This document shows positions 55,919 to 64,000 of a DNA stretch of 64,000 nt, one piece after another. Source of the stretch: Deltaproteobacteria bacterium (GTDB taxonomy: Bacteria; Myxococcota_A; Polyangia; Fen-1088); NCBI GenBank assembly GCA_016935975.1, contig JAFGPX010000259.1, positions 11,230 to 75,229 of the forward strand. The letters are read 5' to 3'. Below the pieces are notes generated by a model. That model was not told the origin of the DNA. It saw only the letters and a list, made by a program, of their open reading frames with translations, and searched no databases. Numbering within the stretch: position 1 is the first letter of the stretch; every line of letters begins with the position of its first letter. The position numbers were made by a program, and so were the translations under genes.

Positions 55919-56320
55919 ATGGCATATAGCGACAAGGTGATCGACCATTACGAGAACCCGCGCAACGTGGGCAGCTTGGATCCGTCTGCGCCCAACGTCG
56001 GTACCGCGCTGGTCGGCGCGCCGGCGTGCGGCGACGTCATGAAGCTGCAGATCCAGGTGGGCAAGGACGGGATCATCGAAGACGCGAAGTTCAAGACCTT
56101 CGGGTGCGGCTCGGCCATCGCGTCCTCGTCGCTGGCCACCGAGTGGATCAAGGGCATGACCATCGACCAGGCCATGTCGGTCAAGAACACCCAGATCGTC
56201 GAGGAGCTGAGCCTGCCGCCAGTCAAGATCCATTGCTCGGTGTTGGCCGAGGACGCCATCAAGGGCGCCATTGCCGACTATCGCAAGAAGCAGGATGGGA
56301 AGGCGGAGAGCGCGGCGTAG
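55919..56320 (+). CDS. iscU: Fe-S cluster assembly scaffold IscU
   Basis: MAYSDKVIDHYENPRNVG..., GAPACGDVMKL, FKTFGCGSAIASSS and LPPVKIHCSVLAEDA are hallmark IscU motifs. Confidence 0.9.
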   Translation: MAYSDKVIDHYENPRNVGSLDPSAPNVGTALVGAPACGDVMKLQIQVGKDGIIEDAKFKTFGCGSAIASSSLATEWIKGMTIDQAMSVKNTQIVEELSLPPVKIHCSVLAEDAIKGAIADYRKKQDGKAESAA

Positions 56321-56339
56321 ACTCTCGGGGGGAAGCGAC

Positions 56340-56675
56340 ATGGCAATTCAGGTCACCGAAAAAGCGATTGCCGCCATCCAGGCGGCGGCGGCCAAACGCC
56401 AGACTCCGCCCAAGGGATTGCGCGTCGGCATTCGTGGCGGCGGATGCACCGGGTTCTCGTACCTGTTCGAGTGGTCGGACGCCGAGGCGCGGCCCGAGGA
56501 TCGGGTGCTTTCCTTCGAAGACGGTCGGGTCAACGTCTTCGTCGATCCCAAGAGCTTCGCGTTTCTCGACGGCTCGACCCTGGATTTCGCAAGCACCCTG
56601 ATGGCCAGCGGCTTTCGCTGGCTGAACCCCAACGTCAAGTCGACTTGTGGTTGCGGCGAGAGCGTCCAGTTCTAG
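56340..56675 (+). CDS. iscA: Fe-S cluster insertion protein IscA (HesB family)
   Basis: 111 aa; GLRVGIRGGGCTGFSY and C-terminal STCGCGESF motifs. Confidence 0.85.
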   Translation: MAIQVTEKAIAAIQAAAAKRQTPPKGLRVGIRGGGCTGFSYLFEWSDAEARPEDRVLSFEDGRVNVFVDPKSFAFLDGSTLDFASTLMASGFRWLNPNVKSTCGCGESVQF

Positions 56676-56688
56676 TAGACTCGGGCCA

Positions 56689-57340
56689 ATGATCTGCTGG
56701 TCCTGCCAGAAGGCCGCGGGCGAAGGCGTGTTGTGCGCCGCCTGCGGCGCCGTGCAACCGCCCGATTCCAAGGCCGACTACTTCCAGGTCTTCGGTATTC
56801 CCGAGGTCTATGCTCTCGACGAGGCCGGGCTGGAACAGCGCTACAAGGAGCTGACCAAGCTGCTGCACCCCGATCGCTTCGCGCGCGCCGACCCGCGGGC
56901 CCGGCGGGCATCGCTCGAGCGGTCGGTGCAGCTCAACGAGGCCTGGCGTACCTTGAAGGACCCGATCCGGCGGGCGGAGTACATGCTCCTTCTGGCCGGC
57001 ATCGACATCGGCGAAATGGCGGGCACCGGCCGGCAGCCGGCCGACCACGTCACGCTGCCGGTGCCGCCGGTTCTGTTGATGGAGGTGATGGAGCTGCGCG
57101 AGGCCTTGGCCGCGGCCCATGCAGCCAAGGACGTGCACGAGACCGAGGCCCTGATTGCCAAGGTGCAAAGCCGTCTCAAGACGGTCGTGGAGGACGTGGC
57201 CAAGGGTTTTGCCGCCTCGCCGCCCGAGCTGTCCTTCGTCGCGGCTCGCCTCGTGGGCGTGCGCTACTACCGGCGCTTCCTCGACGAGGCGCGCTTGCTG
57301 TGGGAGCAGGAGGGCGCCGGGCCGGGCAAAGACCACAGCC

Positions 57341-57351
<11 letters not shown>
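56689..57351 (+). CDS. hscB: Fe-S assembly co-chaperone HscB with N-terminal tetracysteine motif
   Basis: J-domain ([15 protein letters not shown]...HPDRF) and HscB C-terminal helical domain. The N-terminal CWSC...CAAC resembles the zinc-binding N-terminus of eukaryotic HSC20. Confidence 0.75.
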
Positions 57352-59250
<1,899 letters not shown>

Positions 59251-59254
<4 letters not shown>

Positions 59255-59598
59255 GCGCGCGCATCCGTTTCGAGCCGGACGGCGTCGAGGCCGAGGTCCC
59301 GGTCGGCACGACCATCAAGGAGGCCGCCGAGAGGTGCGGCGCTCATTTGGGCTCGGCCTGTGGTGGGGTTTGCGCGTGTTCCACCTGCCACGTCTACGTC
59401 AAGGAAGGGCTCGACGATCTCTCCGCAATGGAGATGGCGGAAGAGGATCGCCTCGACGGTGCCTTCGACGTGCGGCCCAATTCGCGTCTGGGCTGCCAGG
59501 CGGTACTGCGGCAGGATCGCGGGTACGTGGTCGAGATCACCCGCGAGAGCCTGGAAGCCTTCTTCGACGAGTACCCCGAGCTGCGCGGCGGGCGCTGA
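59251..59598 (+). CDS. fdx: [2Fe-2S] ferredoxin of the isc operon
   Basis: Adrenodoxin-type Cys ligands ([14 protein letters not shown]...LGCQ); ATGA overlap with the hscA stop. Confidence 0.85.
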
Positions 59599-59629
59599 AG
59601 CCCGGCGCGTCTCTCCGCCCCACGGCACT

Positions 59630-59887
59630 TCACGGGCGTCGTAGCTGCGATTCCATCAGGCGCAGGACGTCCGCCACGGTGCGCAGCTCCATGAGCGTGT
59701 CGATGTCCGGATCGAACGCGAACTCTTCGGAGATGCGCGAGACCGCCTCGATGCGTTTGAGACTGTCGAGATTCAGATCCTCGGTGAGCCGGAGGCGAGC
59801 TTCGATGCGCTCGACCGGCAGGCCCGAAAGCTCGGCGAGCACGCTGTAGAGCTCAGCGCGGAAATGCTCGATATCACCGGTCGCCAA
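59630..59887 (-). CDS. Acyl carrier protein
   Basis: 85 aa with a phosphopantetheine-attachment DSL motif (LNLDSLKRIE), downstream of a fatty-acyl-AMP ligase. Confidence 0.8.
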   Translation of the reverse strand: MATGDIEHFRAELYSVLAELSGLPVERIEARLRLTEDLNLDSLKRIEAVSRISEEFAFDPDIDTLMELRTVADVLRLMESQLRRP

Positions 59888-59950
59888 GCGTCGATTCCTC
59901 GATCGAGAAAGGTGCGCCGGCCGGGCAGAAGCCAGGGCGCGCGCTGCGGC

Positions 59951-61660
59951 TCATGGGGTGCTTCTCCCACGGTAGAGCGCCTCCAGATTCTGCGCGAGAT
60001 ACTGCCGCTTCATGAGCTGGCGCTGGAGCTTACCACTCGAAGTCCTGGCCACCCTGCCCTTGGGAACGAGAACGATCTCGTAGGGCTTGGTTTCACAGCA
60101 CGCAAGGACCGCCTCCGTCACCTGCGCGAGAAGCCGGGGTGTCTCGTGGTCCTGCAACTTGGCTTCGACTTCTTGGACGATGACCAGGCATTCCTCGTCG
60201 TCGCGGTCGATGGAGAAAGCCACGGCGCCGCCGGTTCGCAGCCCGGGATGGCTGGCCGAAACACGCCGCTCGATGTCCTCGGGGTAGTAGTTGCGCCCAT
60301 TGACGATGATCATGTCCTTGAGACGGCCCGTCACGAAGAGCTCGCCGTGATCCAGGTATCCGAGATCGCCGGTGCGCAGGTAGGGGCCCTCGCCGTCGGC
60401 CAGGCGCGCACGGAAGGTTTCTTCGCTCGCCTCGCGCTTGCCCCAGTAGCCCTGGGCCACGCAGGGGCCGGCGACCCAGATCTCGCCGATCTCGCGTTCC
60501 GCGCAGACCGCGCGTGTCCGTGGGTCGACCACGCGCACGTCCGCGCCTTCGATCGCCGAGCCGCAACCCACGAGAGTCCGGGCCTGGCTGCCTGCGGCTG
60601 GCCGGGCAACATTGGTCGCCAGCGCCGCGGCGTCGAGCGTCTGGGTAACGAGCGGGGCCAAGTGCTTGCTGGCCGTGACCATGAGGGAAGCCTCGGCAAG
60701 TCCGTAGCAGGGGTGAAGCGCATGGGGCCGGAAACCGACGGGCGCGAACTTGGCGCGGAAGGCGTCCAGGGTGCCGGCCCGGATGGGCTCGGCGCCGCAG
60801 AAGGCCACCTCCCACGAGCTGAGATCGAGGTCGGTCATCTCGGCGGGCTTGATGCGCGAGACGCACAGATCGAACGCGAAGTTGGGGCCGCCGCTGATGG
60901 TGGCGGCAAAACGCGCGATCGCCTGCAGCCATCGGACGGGCCTCAGCGCGAAGGCCAGCGGCGACATCAGATAGACGGGGAACCCGGCGAACAGCGGCTG
61001 CAGAATGCCGCCGATGAGGCCCATGTCGTGATACGGGGGCAGCCAGATGCAGCCGACGGAGCCGGCATGGCTGCGGAAGTTGGTTTGGATGGCCCGGAGG
61101 TTCTCGAGAAGATTGCGCTGGCTGAGCATGACTCCCTTGGGCTCGGCCGTGGACCCCGAGGTGTATTGCAGCAGAGCGAGCGAATCGGCGCGGCGACGGA
61201 CAGGTGCGCTGCGGCTGCCGGCCGCGCCGGCCAGATCCTCGGTGGCGATCCAGTCGAAGGGCCGGGGCCGCGCGGTCGCGTGGAGGTGGGCGGCCAGCTT
61301 CTGCAGGATGGCCGTGGAGGCGAGGGCGGCGCGCGGGCGCGCGTCCTCGATGATGCGAGAAAGGCGGTCGAAGCTCCCGTAGTACTGCGGCGGATAGACG
61401 GGAACCGCGACGGCGCCGGCGTAGAGGCACCCGTAGAAGGCGATGACGTAGTCGAGGCCCGGCAGATGGCAGACGAGAACCCGGTCGTCTTCCCTGACCA
61501 CGGCGCGGAGGCGCTCCGCCACGACCATGGCTCGGTCGTGGAGTTCGCCGTAGGTGCAGCGCTTCTCGTCGAGCTTGCCGCTCAAGAAGGCGTAGGCGAG
61601 AGCCTCCGGCGTCGCCTGCGCGCGCTGCTGCAAGAGCTCGACGAGGCTGTTCCAGACCAA
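59951..61660 (-). CDS. Fatty acyl-AMP ligase (FAAL) / long-chain acyl-ACP synthetase-like adenylating enzyme
   Basis: AMP-binding motifs (LQYTSGSTAEPKGVMLS, YGLAEASL, TGDLGY) plus the FAAL-type insertion region; paired with a downstream ACP. Confidence 0.8.
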   Translation of the reverse strand: MVWNSLVELLQQRAQATPEALAYAFLSGKLDEKRCTYGELHDRAMVVAERLRAVVREDDRVLVCHLPGLDYVIAFYGCLYAGAVAVPVYPPQYYGSFDRLSRIIEDARPRAALASTAILQKLAAHLHATARPRPFDWIATEDLAGAAGSRSAPVRRRADSLALLQYTSGSTAEPKGVMLSQRNLLENLRAIQTNFRSHAGSVGCIWLPPYHDMGLIGGILQPLFAGFPVYLMSPLAFALRPVRWLQAIARFAATISGGPNFAFDLCVSRIKPAEMTDLDLSSWEVAFCGAEPIRAGTLDAFRAKFAPVGFRPHALHPCYGLAEASLMVTASKHLAPLVTQTLDAAALATNVARPAAGSQARTLVGCGSAIEGADVRVVDPRTRAVCAEREIGEIWVAGPCVAQGYWGKREASEETFRARLADGEGPYLRTGDLGYLDHGELFVTGRLKDMIIVNGRNYYPEDIERRVSASHPGLRTGGAVAFSIDRDDEECLVIVQEVEAKLQDHETPRLLAQVTEAVLACCETKPYEIVLVPKGRVARTSSGKLQRQLMKRQYLAQNLEALYRGRSTP

Positions 61661-61734
61661 GTCTCACCTCGGAAGGACGCGGGCCGGGCACATAGAGGCG
61701 GGCAGGCGGAAGGCAGCGAGCATGATCCTGCAAG

Positions 61735-62718
61735 CTATCCCAGCCGACGCGCGACCTCGACCAGCTTGTCCATGGTCGCGTCGAAGGCCGGGTCGACGAC
61801 TTGGCGAGTCGGGTCGGCGTCGTAGTAGGCCATGATCTCTCCGGCCCCGCGCGAGAAGGGGATCTCGGCCTCCCAGCCGGGGATCAGGCGCTTGACCTTG
61901 CTGTTGTCGAAGATCATGCTGTGGGCCTTGTCGCCGAGCAGGCTGTCGCCCCACTCGCGGTCGTGCTTCGCGATGATCTCGGATGGCAGGTGCACGAGCT
62001 TGGCCGTGGCGCCGGCGGCCTTGGCCACAAGCGAGTGGATCTGGTTCCACGACAGCCACTCGTCGGACGTGATGTGGAAGGTATCGCCGATGGCGCGGTC
62101 GTTGCCGAGCAGGCCCACGAAGGCGCGGGCGAAGTCCTCGTGGTGGGTCAGGGTCCACAGCGACGTGCCGTCGCCGTGAACCACCACGGGCTTGCCGGCT
62201 CGCATGCGATGCACGACCGTGTAGCCGCCGTGGCAAGGCAGAAGCGTGCGGTCGTAGGTGTGCGATGGCCGCACCACGGTGAAGGGGAACCTGTCGCGGC
62301 GGTAGGCGGCGAGCAACGCCTCCTCGCAGGCGATCTTGTTGCGCGAGTACTCCCAGAACGGGTTGTCGAGCGGCGTGGACTCGGTCACGGGCAGGCTGCG
62401 CGGCGGGGTCTGGTAGGCCGAGGCCGAGCTGATGAACACGTACTGGCCGGTGCGGTCGCGGAAGAGATCGAGGTCGAACGCGATGTGCTCTGGCGAAAAC
62501 GCCACGAAGTCGACGACCACGTCGAACGTCTGGCTGCCGAGCGCGGCGCGCGCCGAGGCCGGATCGCGGATGTCGCCCTCCAGCAGCTTGATGCCGAGCG
62601 GAAGCGGCCGCCCGGTCTTGCCGCGCCGCAGGTGAAAGAGCTGGAGGCCCGCCTCGACCGCGACGCGCGAGCAAGCCGAGCTGATGATCCCCGTTCCGCC
62701 TATGAATAGAACCTTCAT
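61735..62718 (-). CDS. NAD(P)-dependent epimerase/dehydratase family protein
   Basis: Rossmann GxxGxxG (MKVLFIGGTGIIS) and YxxxK region (YSRNKIACE). The track ORF extends to 62970 through repeat copy C, whose translation is low-complexity; trimmed to the Met preceding the Rossmann fold. Confidence 0.75.
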   Translation of the reverse strand: MKVLFIGGTGIISSACSRVAVEAGLQLFHLRRGKTGRPLPLGIKLLEGDIRDPASARAALGSQTFDVVVDFVAFSPEHIAFDLDLFRDRTGQYVFISSASAYQTPPRSLPVTESTPLDNPFWEYSRNKIACEEALLAAYRRDRFPFTVVRPSHTYDRTLLPCHGGYTVVHRMRAGKPVVVHGDGTSLWTLTHHEDFARAFVGLLGNDRAIGDTFHITSDEWLSWNQIHSLVAKAAGATAKLVHLPSEIIAKHDREWGDSLLGDKAHSMIFDNSKVKRLIPGWEAEIPFSRGAGEIMAYYDADPTRQVVDPAFDATMDKLVEVARRLG

Positions 62719-62751
62719 CTCTCCTCCTGGGCCGTCTGGGATCTCCGCCAC

Positions 62752-62860
62752 AAAGGAAACGGAGAACGCAGAGGCCGGAAAACAAGAAGGGTTCCGGATC
62801 CAAGATCCGAACCCTTCCTCTTCTCCCTCCGTCTCCGTATCCTCTGTTGTTTCTCCCTGG
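62752..62860. repeat. Palindromic element copy C, between the epimerase start and the EF-G stop
   Basis: AAAGGAAACGGAGAACGCAGAGGCCGGAAAACAAGAAGGGTTCCGGATCCAAGATCCGAACCCTTCCTCTTCTCCCTCCGTCTCCGTATCCTCTGTTGTTTCTCCCTGG. It has nested inverted repeats and shares the CCGGATCC centre with copy E. Confidence 0.6.
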
Positions 62861-64000
62861 CTATTCCTCTTCTTCCGCCGCCATCTTGGAGTCGGCCACG
62901 ACCTTGTCCATGAGATGGCCGGGCAGTTCGTCGTAGTGCGAGAACTCAATCGAGAACCCACCGCGGCCACCGGTGATGGAGCGCAGGTCGGACGAGTACT
63001 TCAGGGTTTCGGACATCGGCACGATGGCGCGGATCACTTCGCCCTTGGGTGTCGAGTCCATGCCCTCCACGCGGCCGCGCCGGTGGTTGAGATCGCCGAT
63101 GACGTCGCCCATGCAGTCGCTCGGGCACTGGACCTGGAGTCTCATGATGGGCTCGAGCAGGTATGGCCTGGCTTGCTTGAACGCCGCCTGGAAGCCCTTC
63201 GAGGCCGCGATTTCGAACGAGCGCGAGTCCGAGTCGACGTCGTGGTACTTGCCGTCGAACAGCCGGACCCTGACGTCGGTCACCGGGTAGCCGGCGATGA
63301 CCCCCCTGGCCATGCGGTTGCGCATGCCCTTCTCGACGGAAGGGATGAACTGGCGAGGTACCGCGCCGCCCACGATGTCGTCGACGAACTCGAAGCCGCC
63401 GCCGTGGGGCAGGGGCTCCATGTCGATGTAGATGACGCCGAACTGGCCGCGACCGCCGGTTTGCTTCTTGTGCTTGCCCTCGACGTTCTGGGCCTTGCCC
63501 TTGATGGTTTCGAGATACGGCACCTTGGGGGCGAGCAGCTCGACCTCGACGCCCGCGCGGCGCAGGCGATCGACGACGACCTCGACGTGGACCTGGCCGG
63601 TGCCGCCGAGCAAGATCTCCTTCGACTGTGGATCGTGGCTGACCTTGACGGCGACGTCAGAGTCTATGATTTCGTTGAGCTTGACCGCGACCTTGTCCTC
63701 GTCGCCCTTGCTCTTGGGATGGAGCGCGTACGTGATGAGCGGCGCGGGGATCTTGGGCCGGGGCAGGGCGAAGGGTGCCTTGTCGTCGGCCAGCGTGTCG
63801 CCGGTCTTGGTCGACTTGAGCTTGGCCACGGCCACGATGTCGCCCGGTAGGGCCTCGGAGACCGCGAGGCGGCTCTTGCCTTGCAGGGCGTAGAGCTGGC
63901 CGAAGCGCTCCTTGGTGTCGCTGTTGACCGACAAGAGGGTCGCATCGCTCGTCAGCTTGCCGGTCAGGACGCGCAGAATGGACAGACGCCCGATGTCCGA
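62861..64000 (-). CDS. Elongation factor G family GTPase (C-terminal domains II-V; 5' part outside window)
   Basis: EF-G domain IV/V motifs (HKKQTGGRGQFG, GYPVTDVRVRL, FEIAASKGFQ, acidic C-terminus). The open frame continues to the window edge. Confidence 0.85.
   Translation of the reverse strand, partial: SDIGRLSILRVLTGKLTSDATLLSVNSDTKERFGQLYALQGKSRLAVSEALPGDIVAVAKLKSTKTGDTLADDKAPFALPRPKIPAPLITYALHPKSKGDEDKVAVKLNEIIDSDVAVKVSHDPQSKEILLGGTGQVHVEVVVDRLRRAGVEVELLAPKVPYLETIKGKAQNVEGKHKKQTGGRGQFGVIYIDMEPLPHGGGFEFVDDIVGGAVPRQFIPSVEKGMRNRMARGVIAGYPVTDVRVRLFDGKYHDVDSDSRSFEIAASKGFQAAFKQARPYLLEPIMRLQVQCPSDCMGDVIGDLNHRRGRVEGMDSTPKGEVIRAIVPMSETLKYSSDLRSITGGRGGFSIEFSHYDELPGHLMDKVVADSKMAAEEEE

Overview
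This 64-kb window is a high-GC (about 70%) bacterial chromosomal segment. The gene content suggests a Myxococcota-like deltaproteobacterium: Ser/Thr kinase, ECF sigma/anti-sigma pair, NtrC-family regulator, PilT paralog, ExbB-ExbD-ExbD and TonB-like genes, PA-rich outer-membrane proteins, GH9 cellulase. This taxonomic guess is inference. Most of the window is densely packed housekeeping genes: clpS-clpA, pgi, mutS, rpsT, holA, acnA, tkt, lipA, queD, and an iscS-iscU-iscA-hscB-hscA-fdx Fe-S assembly operon. The six-frame track contains many long antisense ORFs typical of high-GC DNA; I did not call them. Several track 'M' starts are in fact GTG or TTG codons, so start coordinates are approximate where noted. 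I saw no rRNA, tRNA or CRISPR array.

The features most worth a second look:
(1) At least eight copies of a purine-arm/pyrimidine-arm palindromic intergenic element (MITE/REP-like). They fill almost every large intergenic gap, often abutting or overlapping stop codons. One copy has 47-bp terminal inverted repeats.
(2) An ECF sigma / zinc-finger anti-sigma / secreted caspase-like (peptidase C14, His-Cys dyad) protein module with a C-terminal beta-barrel-like domain. It is followed by a large secreted beta-barrel-like protein and a GH9 endoglucanase.
(3) An NtrC-family regulator whose sigma-54-contact motif GAFTGA is replaced by GAHSTA.
(4) A Cys-rich MerR-family regulator, ATGA-coupled to iscS in place of the usual IscR, with a sigma-70-type promoter and a perfect palindrome over the -10 region.
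(5) An HscB carrying a eukaryote-type N-terminal tetracysteine motif.
(6) An ExbB/ExbD/ExbD - PilT - tandem-receiver regulator - TonB neighbourhood.
(7) A fatty-acyl-AMP ligase with its own ACP.
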